Part shown: in pieces, positions 10,117 through 21,075 of the stretch
Layout of the letters: each line of letters opens with the position of its first letter
How positions within the stretch are numbered: position 1 is the stretch's first letter
Virus record (IMG/VR): IMGVR_UViG_3300030108_003177
Coordinates: 1-57,862 of that record
Source of the DNA: a virus
Taxonomy: Duplodnaviria; Caudoviricetes
DNA: 57,862 nucleotides
Direction: 5' to 3' (one strand)
Made by a program: the position numbers and the translations under genes
The notes under the pieces: generated by a model
Seen by the model: the letters and a program-made list of their open reading frames with translations, nothing else
Told to the model about the DNA's origin: nothing
Database searches by the model: none

Positions 10117-13100
10117 TGGCTGAAACACCAAACATTGAACTAAATCCTGAGTTTTCTGATCAACTTGTTGATCCAGAACAACAGTTTCAAAAATTTAGAC
10201 CGATTGATATCTCTCAACAAGATGTTTTAAATTTTGCTGAGTATTATGCTGATCCTGATACAGTCAAAAAATTTGGTAGTGCGGATACTGCATTAGCTGA
10301 AAGCGTTTTAAGAGCAGCTTCAGTTAATTATAATATTCCTAATTTAACCTTAGAAAGTGTGAAAAGAGGTGACTCTGGATTTCAAAAGTTCCTTGAAAAA
10401 GAAGGAATTAGTACAATGTTTGGCAAAAGCATTTACCCTAAAACTGATCGGGATGTTTTAGATTTATTTTCTACCGTAGACGTAGCAAACAATCCTGTAA
10501 TTGAAGGTTTACTTGAGCAAGGCCCCGAATCACTTGGGTTTTCTGGTGGGTTTTTTCTTGGCTCGAAAACTTTTTTTACAAAAGCTCCACCAACTATGGG
10601 TGTTAGGGGCCGTATTTTCGGTGCTTTGGGAGCAGGTGTTACTACAGGTTTGATTACATCAGGTATAGCAAATTATGCCGATGATTTACTTACTGGTCCA
10701 GAAATAATTGTTCCTCCAAGCCAAAGACCATACTACGAAGGTGGCAAGGCTTTAGCTGATTTTTTATCTTTCATGCCTCTACCTTATCTTGTAAAGCCCG
10801 GTGCACAACTTGGGGCGGTTCATCTTGTTGAAAACATAAGAAGAAGAGCTGATTTAATTGAAAATAGTGGTATTACATTTACTGCGGATAAAAGTAAATT
10901 TTTAAAAGATTTACAAGCTTTTCAAAAAAGAGGCAAAGTCCCTTTTACTTTACGTTTATCCAAAGGTATTGATACCTTGTTCGCATCAAGTATTAAACCT
11001 TTTCAGACAAATCCTATCAGGTCAGGAATAACTGAGTTTGGAGCAGGCAGTGGAGCTGCTTTCGCTAGAATTATCTCAGAGCAAGAAAATCCAGGTGAGT
11101 TTTTTCCAGCTTTTGGTGCAGAAGTAGCAGGCGGTGTAGGAGCAGGTTTAGTTACGTCTATTGGTACAAATTTAATAGTTTACCCATCCTACAGAATTTT
11201 AGCTGGTGCATTACCTGTTATAAAAAATATATTTACCAAAGGTAGACTATCTGACAAACCTACAGGTGAAGCTGCCTCTGACTTTTTTACTGGCAAAACA
11301 GGCCCTGGTAAAGTTTTTAAGACTTTTAGAGAAAGAACTGCGGTCAAAGATTTAATTGAAAAAATTGAAATTTTTGGTGAAGACCCTAACCAAATCATTG
11401 CAAAACTAGAAGCAGATTACGAAACACCTGAAGCATATGCTAATAGTAATATTAAAATCGCTTATGACAAATTATCTGAGTTAGCTCAAACGTCCGCTGC
11501 TTTCAAAGCTGATAGTCCAGTTTTAATGTTAATAGAATCAACCTTAGCTAATAAATATGACCATTTAAGTAGTATGAAAAAACAACAACTAATGGACGCT
11601 CAAAAAGGTTTAATTGATTTGTTAACAATATTAAAAGGATCAGGAGATGATGAGGCTTTACTTGTAGCTAGTCAAATTGAGGATGAGATACTTAAAGATA
11701 ACATACAAACTAATCTTGATTATGGTATTGGTGAGATACTGACTGCGTTTAACAAACTTAGAGGTTCTGTAGCTAAAGATGAGAACACTACTCAAGTTTT
11801 ATCACGAAGATTGTTTTCTTTTATTGATGACAGCATGGACAAAGCTAGGACAAAAGAACGTGAACTTTATGAAAACATACCTAATTTTAGCATCAGTATT
11901 TTAAATGATGAAAATTCTAATTTCTTAAAAGCAATGAAAGATAAGGACATCATTCCGCAAAATCCAACAGGAAAAAATATCATTTACAAAAAATTTGAAA
12001 AAAATACAGGTGTTTTTGGTTTTGAGCAAAGAGTTAGAAAAGCACTTGGCCTTGAAACAGACGATACTATTGTCGCAACGCCTAGCACAACAGACAAAAG
12101 ATTACTTCAACTACAAGAACAAGCGGCTAACTTTTCTGCTGATACAAAAAGTAAATATAAAGAATTGTTAGAAAATATTGAAGATCCAATTAAAGTAGCA
12201 GAAATACTCGAAATAGGAGATATGAAAAAGATTGCTCAGTTAGAAGATAAATTAGGGGGTATCGTTGTTGCATTTGACAAAACTTTAGGCGGAAAAAATG
12301 TAAATAGACTATCAAATCATTTAGAATTTATTTATGACCAAGTTGGTATTCCTAGAGAGGGTGCTGAAGGAGGAGAAGAGACAACAGGGTTACTTAGAAA
12401 AGCACTTGCTTATTTGAAAGGTAGACCTCCAACAAAAACTGATAAAAAGGGGCTTAGTAGAGATGACGCTTCTCGACGTACAAAACAAGAAAATGAAGAT
12501 GAAAGGCTTCACAAAGAAGCAATAAAGTATATAGAAACTGAAATTGATATTTCATTGTTACAAGAGGGTAGAGGTGCTGATTACACTTTTAATCCTAATA
12601 TTTCAAATGCAGAAAATTTACAAAACTTAACTGAAGTTTTAATGAGGCAAACTCTGGACTCTAAAGACAAGGCAGGCAGAGATAAGGCAAGGACTTTGAA
12701 CCTTTATGCCAAAAAATTAATTGAAATACAAAATAGAAAAGATATTGTAGATCAATCTTCTGCAAGAACTTTAGATACTGGAGCTGGGTTAGACGAAGTG
12801 CCTCCATTAACTCTTGATGAACTAAGAGACATGAGAACTTTCTTGTACAATGAGGCAAGAGTATTGAAAAAGGCTGGGGATTTTGACGGCCACAGACGAT
12901 TAAATTATCTCGCAGATGCTTTGAGGAAAGATATATTATCCTTAGTAAATGATCCAAATGCAGCTGAGTTTGCCGCTCAACTTAATGCAGCAAACAAATA
13001 TTCCAAGGCCCTTAATGATGTCTTTACAAGAACTGCTATAGGTCAAAAAGTATTTAAAACAAATAGAACAGGAGAACTAACTACTCCTCCTGAACTTTTA

Positions 13101-15821
13101 TACACCGAGCTTCAAGGCTTTAACGATGCAGCAGCTTTACGATACAAAGAGATTGAAAACGTGCACACATTTTTAAAAGATGAAGGTCTTTTAAAAGATA
13201 ATGAAGAATGGACAAGTACACCAACATATCAAACAGTTTTATATGGATTGCTTAGAAACGATCCACGAATCACGGGCCTGTTTTCAGAAAAAAATATACG
13301 AAAAAATATTGATGACCCAAGCAGTGAAATTTCAATACCAAGAATTAACGAAACCACTGCAAAAAAATTGTTAAATGATCCTAAAGCACAAGAAATACTT
13401 AATGCTTTTCCAGCAATCAGAAACGATTTACAAAACTCAATTAGAAAAGAAAACCTTTTCCGAGGATTGTTAGACGAAAATAGCGTTATGATAAAAAGAG
13501 CGAAAGATAAACACGCTTTTGCTTCTCTTCACAATTTTGAAAGTCCTGAAAAATTAATTGCTATAAATTTAAATTCTGACGAACCTATAAAAAATTTAAA
13601 TAATTTAATAGCTGACATAAAAAATTTTGGTAAGAAAATAATTAAAGACCCTTTAGATAAAGACAGTGCAACTGTGACTGGAGCTACGGGAGAGGTGCCT
13701 GTAAATAAGTTTACTAAAGTGGTTACTACTTCCGATGGCGTTCAAAGAGAAATGATTGAAGAAGTCAACGTATCAAGTATGTTGAGGGGACTAAGAGAAT
13801 CTATATTAGGTCATGTTCTTACCAAATCAGGACTTGAAAGCACTGGTCCTTTTAATCCAGCTAAAGCTTATGAAATGTTGTTTCAACCGATAAAGGGTGT
13901 TGGCGGGAGAAGACGTCAATCTTTAGCTACATGGATGAGATCTAACAAGTTAATAACAGATACTGAACTTAAAACTTTTGAAAAAGTTTTAGGTAATATG
14001 CAAAAAATACAATCACAACAAGCGTCAGGCGAAATAGATATATCCACGGCTGAAAATGCTTTTTTTCAATTTACTACTAGAGTTGCAGGTGCTACAGCAG
14101 GTCAAAGTTTTCAAAGATTTATGTTTCCAGCATCATCTGCGGGAGGGTTGATTGCAGAGTCATCAGGTTCTAAATTATTTCAAAAATTTTTATTAGCTAT
14201 ACCTGAGGCTGCAAGACAAGATACAATGTTAGAGGTTATGAAAGATCCAACCTATCTAGCTCAATTAATGAGAGATGTAAGAGACGAAAAAGTCGCACTA
14301 AGTGTTATTGATTTTATGAAAAGAAAGTTAAAAGAAGCATCGATCATAGCAGTAACAGGTTCAGTCAGAAGAACAGCCCCAGCTGCTAAAGAAGAAGATC
14401 TCACAGATATAATTAAAGAGGATCAAAGAGATAGAGACATTGATAAATCAGCTTCTGTTGTTTTGCCACAAGAGGGGTCTCCCACCACCCAAGTAGCAAG
14501 TCGACTAAATAGGGGAATGAAGACCCCCATCGCGGCTAACGTGGGGTCACCCCCACCAGCCGCGTCTATTAATAGAAACAGGTTTGCATCGTTGTTTCCA
14601 AACGATCCCATATCAGGATTAATTAACGCTCAACAACAAGGCACGACACAATTTATGAAATATGGCGGTATGGCCGGCAATCCTTCATATGACATGGGAC
14701 TTGAGACAGATTTTACAGCCCAACAAGCTATACAATCTGCTCTTGAAAATACTACGACAAGAGATGATGATCAGGACACCTCAAATTTAACAAGGACAAC
14801 TTTACCAAGTACTTTAACTAAAAATAGAGGTAATAAATTTACTGGCATTACATCTATAAATCTTCCCGGTTATGCAAATACAATTGTTAATGAGCTGAAG
14901 GATTTTGTAACAGGTAAAAAAGGCTTCCAACCGTTTTTTGAACAATTACCGGGCGGAGGGTTTAATCTTGGAGCTAAAATACCAATGAATTTTTTTGCTG
15001 ATGGTGGGTTTGTTGATGACTCAGAGATAGGAATGAAAGATGATTCCCAACTGACACAAGCTGATATTGATACAATCAACCAAAGTGATAGTGTAGACTT
15101 TGATGCCTATGCTTCTGAATTTGATCCAGTGGGTATAGCACAAATCATAGCTGAACCAAAAGTTGGTCTCAATAGATCAAATATTATAGGTATGACTGAT
15201 AGACAAGGTAGAGATATTTATAGTCCTAAATATGCACAAGCTTTAAATATTACTAGAAATTTATTGCCGGGCAACACTGTAGAACGGGGCTCTAATTTAA
15301 CTAGAAATCAAAACTTTTTTTCTGGTCCAAGAGATTTAGCAAGGCCACAAAATCTGATACCATCGGTCCCAGGTGCTTTAGATATGAGAGCTGGGTTCGG
15401 TTATGAAAGACCAATGTATTTTTCAGGTACTGAAAGATTTTTACAAGAAACGGCTCCTAATTTAGTAAGACAAGCAATGGATATGGGCATCATGGGTTTA
15501 GTTAGAAAAGCTGGAGATTACTTTAGCGGTAATTTTAGTAAACTATTTGGAGGTGATGAAGAGATCACGCCAGAAAAAATAAAAATGGGAGATCAGAAAT
15601 ATACAAATCCAATTCAAACTAAGGGCCTAACAGAGATTCCTTTAAATGAATATCTATTCACTCGTTCAGGAATGAGACCTAGAACTCTTTTTGATTTAAC
15701 AGATCCAGCGTTTGATATAAAAGATTTTCGACCCGGTGGAGCTTACGATCAACGCGAGAATTTTAGAATAGAGGTGTTGCCTGATGGTAGCCAAGTTGTA
15801 AGATCAATAGGTAATGTATAG
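10113..15821 (+). CDS. Large internal virion/ejection protein (about 1900 aa; ATG at 10116 is the likely start)
   Basis: Largest ORF and last of the ejection cluster; FASLFPNDPISGLI segment; no catalytic motif recognised. Confidence 0.55.
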   Translation: MMAETPNIELNPEFSDQLVDPEQQFQKFRPIDISQQDVLNFAEYYADPDTVKKFGSADTALAESVLRAASVNYNIPNLTLESVKRGDSGFQKFLEKEGISTMFGKSIYPKTDRDVLDLFSTVDVANNPVIEGLLEQGPESLGFSGGFFLGSKTFFTKAPPTMGVRGRIFGALGAGVTTGLITSGIANYADDLLTGPEIIVPPSQRPYYEGGKALADFLSFMPLPYLVKPGAQLGAVHLVENIRRRADLIENSGITFTADKSKFLKDLQAFQKRGKVPFTLRLSKGIDTLFASSIKPFQTNPIRSGITEFGAGSGAAFARIISEQENPGEFFPAFGAEVAGGVGAGLVTSIGTNLIVYPSYRILAGALPVIKNIFTKGRLSDKPTGEAASDFFTGKTGPGKVFKTFRERTAVKDLIEKIEIFGEDPNQIIAKLEADYETPEAYANSNIKIAYDKLSELAQTSAAFKADSPVLMLIESTLANKYDHLSSMKKQQLMDAQKGLIDLLTILKGSGDDEALLVASQIEDEILKDNIQTNLDYGIGEILTAFNKLRGSVAKDENTTQVLSRRLFSFIDDSMDKARTKERELYENIPNFSISILNDENSNFLKAMKDKDIIPQNPTGKNIIYKKFEKNTGVFGFEQRVRKALGLETDDTIVATPSTTDKRLLQLQEQAANFSADTKSKYKELLENIEDPIKVAEILEIGDMKKIAQLEDKLGGIVVAFDKTLGGKNVNRLSNHLEFIYDQVGIPREGAEGGEETTGLLRKALAYLKGRPPTKTDKKGLSRDDASRRTKQENEDERLHKEAIKYIETEIDISLLQEGRGADYTFNPNISNAENLQNLTEVLMRQTLDSKDKAGRDKARTLNLYAKKLIEIQNRKDIVDQSSARTLDTGAGLDEVPPLTLDELRDMRTFLYNEARVLKKAGDFDGHRRLNYLADALRKDILSLVNDPNAAEFAAQLNAANKYSKALNDVFTRTAIGQKVFKTNRTGELTTPPELLYTELQGFNDAAALRYKEIENVHTFLKDEGLLKDNEEWTSTPTYQTVLYGLLRNDPRITGLFSEKNIRKNIDDPSSEISIPRINETTAKKLLNDPKAQEILNAFPAIRNDLQNSIRKENLFRGLLDENSVMIKRAKDKHAFASLHNFESPEKLIAINLNSDEPIKNLNNLIADIKNFGKKIIKDPLDKDSATVTGATGEVPVNKFTKVVTTSDGVQREMIEEVNVSSMLRGLRESILGHVLTKSGLESTGPFNPAKAYEMLFQPIKGVGGRRRQSLATWMRSNKLITDTELKTFEKVLGNMQKIQSQQASGEIDISTAENAFFQFTTRVAGATAGQSFQRFMFPASSAGGLIAESSGSKLFQKFLLAIPEAARQDTMLEVMKDPTYLAQLMRDVRDEKVALSVIDFMKRKLKEASIIAVTGSVRRTAPAAKEEDLTDIIKEDQRDRDIDKSASVVLPQEGSPTTQVASRLNRGMKTPIAANVGSPPPAASINRNRFASLFPNDPISGLINAQQQGTTQFMKYGGMAGNPSYDMGLETDFTAQQAIQSALENTTTRDDDQDTSNLTRTTLPSTLTKNRGNKFTGITSINLPGYANTIVNELKDFVTGKKGFQPFFEQLPGGGFNLGAKIPMNFFADGGFVDDSEIGMKDDSQLTQADIDTINQSDSVDFDAYASEFDPVGIAQIIAEPKVGLNRSNIIGMTDRQGRDIYSPKYAQALNITRNLLPGNTVERGSNLTRNQNFFSGPRDLARPQNLIPSVPGALDMRAGFGYERPMYFSGTERFLQETAPNLVRQAMDMGIMGLVRKAGDYFSGNFSKLFGGDEEITPEKIKMGDQKYTNPIQTKGLTEIPLNEYLFTRSGMRPRTLFDLTDPAFDIKDFRPGGAYDQRENFRIEVLPDGSQVVRSIGNV

Positions 15822-15830
15822 GAATTTAAC

Positions 15831-16289
15831 ATGAAACTTACAGAAAATTTTAGTTTAGCTGAACTGACAAAGTCTCAGACAGCTGAACGCAAAGGCATAC
15901 CAAACACGCCTACAAAACTACAAGAACAATCACTCAAGCTTATAGCTGAGAAAATACTACAGCCAGTACGCGATCACTACGACATACCTTTCACACCAAG
16001 TTCAGGTTTCCGTAGTCCTGAGCTGTGTATAGCGGTAGGGTCATCTGCAAAAAGTCAGCATTGCTGCAAAGTTAAAGGCGAGGCTGCGGTGGACTTTGAG
16101 GTTCCAGGTGTATCTAATATGGATCTAGCTGTATGGGTCAGTGAGAACTTAGACTTCGATCAGCTGATTTTAGAGTGCTACACAGGCGGTAACACAGGCT
16201 GGGTGCATTGCTCCATAGCAGAAACACCAAGAAAGCAACTGCTTACCTACGACAAGGCTAACGGCTACAGGCAAGGTTTAATAGGTTAA
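15831..16289 (+). CDS. Endolysin, peptidase M15A family
   Basis: LTENFSLAEL, SSGFRS, SQH, A.DF and WVH zinc-peptidase motifs. Confidence 0.85.
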   Translation: MKLTENFSLAELTKSQTAERKGIPNTPTKLQEQSLKLIAEKILQPVRDHYDIPFTPSSGFRSPELCIAVGSSAKSQHCCKVKGEAAVDFEVPGVSNMDLAVWVSENLDFDQLILECYTGGNTGWVHCSIAETPRKQLLTYDKANGYRQGLIG

Positions 16290-17737
16290 GCAAGCCAGTT
16301 CTTCGTATCTTCTTTTAATACTTGGTCTGCAAGATTAATCTTATTACGCAACGCTTCGACGATCTTCTCATCTATGGTGCCCGGTGATATAAGGTCTACA
16401 TACGTTACAGACTTCTTTTGTCCTATTCTATGTGCCCTATCTTCAGACTGCAACCGGCTCTCTAAATCATAGCTGTTACTATAATATACAACGGTAGACG
16501 CCTGATTAAGTGTAATACCATAACCACCAGTCTTAGGCTGACCTACAAAAAACCGTAGCGAACTATCAGGATCTTCAAACCTCTGTACTATATCTTGTCT
16601 GTCATCCTGTTTAGTCTCACCATAGTATGTGGCTACACTATCTTTACCATATACTTCAGACAGTCTTCTTTTAATCTCAGCTATACCGTAGACATAGTTA
16701 CACCATATGATAACCTTACCGCTTGTCTCTTCTATAATGTTCATTAGCTCATCTAATCTACGGTTATCTAATACCTCTAGACGGCCCTCGTCACTTTCAA
16801 GATAGCCACAACATATCTGCTGTAATCTCATGAGCTGGGTTAGAATACTAGCTGTCGTGGCAAGCTCGCCTTTAGACAGTCTAGCTAGTGCGAATCGCCG
16901 CATTTCCTCATAAACCTTGGCTTGTTGTGCTGTGAGTTCTACGTTTCTTCTTATGTATATTTTATCAGGTAAGTCCAAACAATCCTTCTTTAGTGTACGA
17001 GCTGAAAAGCTGACAAGCTTAGCATTAAGCTCATCCAGTCTTCTGTATCCTACTATATCATTGAAGCTACGACCACCAAATGTTTTACGCTGTATGATGG
17101 CGTATCTGTTTTGAAATGTAAAATAAGATGACTGACCCAAGGCTTGCGGATCAAGGAACTGACATTGAGAAAACAAATCCATAGGTGACTTAGTCACAGG
17201 CGATCCTGTCAGTATACGTTTGTACTTAGCAAACTTACCCAGCTGCACTAGGTTCTTGGTACGCATGGCTTTTCTATTCTTAACAGTGGTGCTCTCATCA
17301 ATAACCATAATGTTGTCAGGGTTTTGTTTCAGGAAAAAGTATGCAGCCTTTTTACCACGCAAGGTGCTGAATGCTTCTACGTTTATAATAAAGAACTTAA
17401 CGCCAGCCATGATCTCAAACACAACTTTGTTCATATCGTCTTGAAAAGCTTTGGACTTGGACGGTTGCCAACGGACCACGAATCGTTCAAATTCATCAGG
17501 TAAATGGTTTGGTATCTCCTGTTTGACCCAGTTATCATACACGCCTTTCGGTGCAACGATCATAGCTGAATCGATCTCGCCCTCTAATTTTAACTTACCT
17601 ATTGTATCAATAATTACTTTTGATTTACCTAGTCCCATCTCCATAAACAGGGCGTAATACTTACGTTTCCAACTTAAATCTAATATTTCTTCCTGATGTC
17701 TGAATGGTTTTGTTTTAAATAAATATGGCATTTTCAT
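16286..17737 (-). CDS. SNF2-family helicase
   Basis: EMGLGKS (Walker A), IDES, LTGSP, GGYGITL, QSEDRAHRIGQ. Confidence 0.9.
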   Translation of the reverse strand: MKMPYLFKTKPFRHQEEILDLSWKRKYYALFMEMGLGKSKVIIDTIGKLKLEGEIDSAMIVAPKGVYDNWVKQEIPNHLPDEFERFVVRWQPSKSKAFQDDMNKVVFEIMAGVKFFIINVEAFSTLRGKKAAYFFLKQNPDNIMVIDESTTVKNRKAMRTKNLVQLGKFAKYKRILTGSPVTKSPMDLFSQCQFLDPQALGQSSYFTFQNRYAIIQRKTFGGRSFNDIVGYRRLDELNAKLVSFSARTLKKDCLDLPDKIYIRRNVELTAQQAKVYEEMRRFALARLSKGELATTASILTQLMRLQQICCGYLESDEGRLEVLDNRRLDELMNIIEETSGKVIIWCNYVYGIAEIKRRLSEVYGKDSVATYYGETKQDDRQDIVQRFEDPDSSLRFFVGQPKTGGYGITLNQASTVVYYSNSYDLESRLQSEDRAHRIGQKKSVTYVDLISPGTIDEKIVEALRNKINLADQVLKEDTKNWLA

Positions 17738-17747
17738 GATAACTCCC

Positions 17748-17787
17748 TTGACAATATATTATATAACGCATATCTTCTTATATGCAA
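17748..17787. promoter_or_regulatory. Overlapping divergent sigma70-like promoters
   Basis: + strand TTGACA(17748)-17-TATCTT; - strand TTGCAT-18-TATAAT; lies between the helicase and the replication operon. Confidence 0.5.
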
Positions 17788-17825
17788 GTCAATAATAACG
17801 ACTTTTAATCACGAACAACGGAGAT

Positions 17826-18401
17826 TTGAACATGAGTGATTTATTAAGACAGGTAGAAGCTGACGCTACTAGTGCAGATTCTATCAGTGATGTTAGCACA
17901 GATAAGCTGAAAAGCGTAGCTGACATTGCACATAAGATAGCCTTAAAAGAAGACGAGGTCTCACAGCTTGAGGATAAACTCAAGACTGCGAAAAAAGAAC
18001 TTCTTGCCTTAACTGATGAAGATATGCCTTTGTTGATGGAAGAGATCAACTTAGAAAGTTTTACTTTATCAGATGGCTCTAAGGTCGAGATTGTGCCTAC
18101 CTATGGTGGGTCAATTAAAGTAGCTGATCGCCCACAAGCACATGATTGGCTGCGAGGCAATGGCTTTGGTGATTTAATTAAATCATCTGTAGCGGCTGAG
18201 TTCGGTATGGGTGAAGACAACATCGCCAAAGATTTCTATGAAGCTGCTTTGTCACGAGGATTTACTGTCGATAAGAAAGAAATCGTACACAGCAGTACAC
18301 TTAAATCTTGGATAAGAGAACAAACTGAAGCCGGTCAAGAGATACCGCCAGTGTTTGGTGCGTGGACAGGCCGTAGAGCTAAAATTATGAAAGGAAAGTA
18401 A
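17826..18401 (+). CDS. Replication-module hypothetical protein
   Basis: AHDWLR..GFGDLIK and VH.STLKSW motifs, common upstream of SSB genes in such phages; SD GGAGA. Confidence 0.55.
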   Translation: MNMSDLLRQVEADATSADSISDVSTDKLKSVADIAHKIALKEDEVSQLEDKLKTAKKELLALTDEDMPLLMEEINLESFTLSDGSKVEIVPTYGGSIKVADRPQAHDWLRGNGFGDLIKSSVAAEFGMGEDNIAKDFYEAALSRGFTVDKKEIVHSSTLKSWIREQTEAGQEIPPVFGAWTGRRAKIMKGK

Positions 18402-19241
18402 ATGGCAGAATCAGTAGTAAAAAAAGAGCAACAACAAATTGCGACACTAGATTTCAGTATGGTGGAAGCCGACTCAGGTCTAGGTAATAAAGAAGTCGAT
18501 CAAGAGACTTTAAGTATTCCGTTTTTAAAAACAAACTTATCAAAGCAGATACTTGAAGCTAATCGAGGATCTGTATCAGGTGATATGTATAATACAGTGA
18601 CTGGTGAGATCTACGATAGAGAGAAAGGCGTGTTGGTTTTACCTTGTGTATTTCAAAGACGTTTTATTCAATGGTCTCCTCTTGGTGATGAGCAGAGTGC
18701 ACCAATAGCTATATATTCTACGAAAGAAGAATGTCCAGCTACAGAGAGATCTAAGGAAGATAATAAAGAATATCTTACCGATGGATCAGGTCACTACATC
18801 GAAGACACTCATCAGCACTACTGTTTAATTATTAAGACAGATGATAACGGTAAGCCGACTGGAGCTACAGATGCTGTCATGATTGCTATGAAAAGCACTT
18901 CTCTCAAAGCAAGTCGTAAATGGAATAGCATTATATCCACAAGACGTAAGCAGAAAGCTGACGGATCTATGTTTATACCGCCAAGGTTTTTATACACTTA
19001 TAGTCTTGGTACCTACATGGAGAGTGGACGTAAAGGTGACTATTTTGTTTGGGACATGAAGCTGAAAGAGGAGCTGACTAATATAAACCTTTATAATGAG
19101 GCCAAGGCTTTTGCTTTGTCTGTTGAGCAGAATAATGTTGATGTGAAGTATGAACAAGATGAACCTCAAGCAGAGGCACCAAAGCCTGCAACACCGCCGA
19201 AAGCTGAGAGCAAAGGCGGTCAAGGAAATATGCCATTCTAA
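18402..19241 (+). CDS. Putative single-stranded DNA-binding protein
   Basis: Position before the primase; MKST.LK.SRKWNS; flexible tail ending in MPF. Confidence 0.5.
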   Translation: MAESVVKKEQQQIATLDFSMVEADSGLGNKEVDQETLSIPFLKTNLSKQILEANRGSVSGDMYNTVTGEIYDREKGVLVLPCVFQRRFIQWSPLGDEQSAPIAIYSTKEECPATERSKEDNKEYLTDGSGHYIEDTHQHYCLIIKTDDNGKPTGATDAVMIAMKSTSLKASRKWNSIISTRRKQKADGSMFIPPRFLYTYSLGTYMESGRKGDYFVWDMKLKEELTNINLYNEAKAFALSVEQNNVDVKYEQDEPQAEAPKPATPPKAESKGGQGNMPF

Positions 19242-20770
19242 TGTGGGAGACTTTTAGTTCAATATTTGACGGACTAGAAGAGGCGTTTGGCACTTATAAG
19301 ATAGATAAGACCCAAACCAATGGTAAGAAGTCCGGTAGAGCGGCTCTCGTAAGGGAGCCACGGACCAAGGATCATTGGGTGGGTCATCTGTCAGGTAAAG
19401 GGGACTCTCTAGGTATCATACCGATCAATGCACAATCACAGTGTAAGTGGGGTTGTATTGATATTGATACCTATCCTCTTGACCATAAAGTTCTTGTCGA
19501 GAAGATAAGAAAAGTAAAACTACCACTGGTTGTATGTCGTTCCAAAAGTGGTGGGGCACACTGCTTTTTATTCAGCGAAGACTGGGTAGAAGCAAAAGAT
19601 ATGCAACAAACCTTACAACATATATCAGCTGCTCTTGGCTACGGTCAAAGCGAGATATTTCCAAAACAGATTAAATTACATTTAGATCGTGGCGATGTAG
19701 GTAATTTTTTAAACTTACCGTATTATGACGCAGAAAGTGGCCTTAGATACGCGATAAAGGATGACGGCACCTCTGCTACCTTAGAAGAGTTTATCGCCCT
19801 GTACGATCAATATAAGCTTAATAACGAGCAGATACTAGCATTACAAGTAGAAGATATAAAAGATACACCAATTAAAGATGGACCACCATGCTTACAGACT
19901 TTATGTGAAAGTAAAATTAGTGAGGGTGGACGTAACAACGGATTATTTAACCTTGCTGTTTACTTACGCAAAGCGTTTCCTGACAGCTGGGAGACTGAGA
20001 TACTAACCTATAACATGACCTACCTTGATCCACCATTACCATTAAGTGAGGTCAACCTTGTTGCTAACCAAGCCAAGAAGAAAGACTATGCCTACAAATG
20101 CACAGATAGTCCAATCAATGCACATTGTAACAAAGAGCTGTGTAGAACACGACTACATGGCGTGGGGTCGGCCGTACAAGGGGCAACAGTCGCTAATTTA
20201 AGAAAATATAACTCAACACCGCCAGTTTGGTTTTTAGACGTCTCAGGGGAGCCCCTAGAGCTAGACACGGAAGCATTGCTATCACAGCCTACGTTTCAGA
20301 AAGCTTGCATGGAACAGCTTAACTTCATGCCACGCTCTGTACGAAAAGAAACTTGGGAAGCACGGATCAGTGCTTTGCTCAATGAGATGAAAGAAAACGA
20401 TGCAGCTATTATAGAAGTAGCTGAAGACGCAAGCACAAGCGGACAGTTCTATGATTACTTAGAAGAGTTTTGCAGACACTTACAGCAAGCACAAGAAAGA
20501 GAAGAGATATTGTTAAGACGGCCTTGGACCGATGAAGAGGCACACTTAACTTACTTTCGACTTAGAGACTTTGAAAACTTTCTCAAGAAGAATAAGTTTT
20601 TTGAGTATAAGTCGCACAAGATTGCCCAACGCTTACGGGATATTAACGGGTCCAGTACGGTTATGAAAATCAGTAACCGATCCGTCCGCGTTTGGGCAAT
20701 ACCCGCACACCGTAACACGGATCATGAGTTTAATACACCAAATTTACAAACAGAAAAGGAGCCTTTTTAA
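19241..20770 (+). CDS. Primase (AEP-type with PriCT-like domain)
   Basis: WGCIDID, RSKSGGAH, GNFLNLPY, PPCL...EGGRNNGLF. Confidence 0.8.
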   Translation: MWETFSSIFDGLEEAFGTYKIDKTQTNGKKSGRAALVREPRTKDHWVGHLSGKGDSLGIIPINAQSQCKWGCIDIDTYPLDHKVLVEKIRKVKLPLVVCRSKSGGAHCFLFSEDWVEAKDMQQTLQHISAALGYGQSEIFPKQIKLHLDRGDVGNFLNLPYYDAESGLRYAIKDDGTSATLEEFIALYDQYKLNNEQILALQVEDIKDTPIKDGPPCLQTLCESKISEGGRNNGLFNLAVYLRKAFPDSWETEILTYNMTYLDPPLPLSEVNLVANQAKKKDYAYKCTDSPINAHCNKELCRTRLHGVGSAVQGATVANLRKYNSTPPVWFLDVSGEPLELDTEALLSQPTFQKACMEQLNFMPRSVRKETWEARISALLNEMKENDAAIIEVAEDASTSGQFYDYLEEFCRHLQQAQEREEILLRRPWTDEEAHLTYFRLRDFENFLKKNKFFEYKSHKIAQRLRDINGSSTVMKISNRSVRVWAIPAHRNTDHEFNTPNLQTEKEPF

Positions 20771-21075
20771 TGCAAGACGATGAAAGAATGGTCAAAGCTG
20801 ATGGACTAGAAGATGCTATCATAGGTACAGGTAGTCGCATCAATATGCCTGATGTATTAGTTTACAGCTACAACAAAGCCGTAAAGATCTTTATGGAACG
20901 AGATGGCATGACACATGAAGAAGCTATAGAGTGGATGGAGTTCAATGTTGTCGGTGCTTGGGTAGGAGAGACAACACCAATCTTTGTCCACGAGATACCA
21001 TCTGATCAAGAGGTCGATGAGTTCTTAGAAGACCTTGGCTTTGAACCACCTATCAGTCCTAGTAATGACAACTAA
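20770..21075 (+). CDS. Conserved phage hypothetical protein
   Basis: ADGLEDAIIG...DGMT.EEAIEW.EFN..GAWVGE.TPIF; TAATG coupling. Confidence 0.6.
   Translation: MQDDERMVKADGLEDAIIGTGSRINMPDVLVYSYNKAVKIFMERDGMTHEEAIEWMEFNVVGAWVGETTPIFVHEIPSDQEVDEFLEDLGFEPPISPSNDN

Noticed and set aside
12876-12893. GDFDGH in the 1902-aa protein, resembling the DFDGD RNA polymerase motif
   Set aside because: The third Asp is missing and no other polymerase motifs are seen, so a virion RNAP is not supported.
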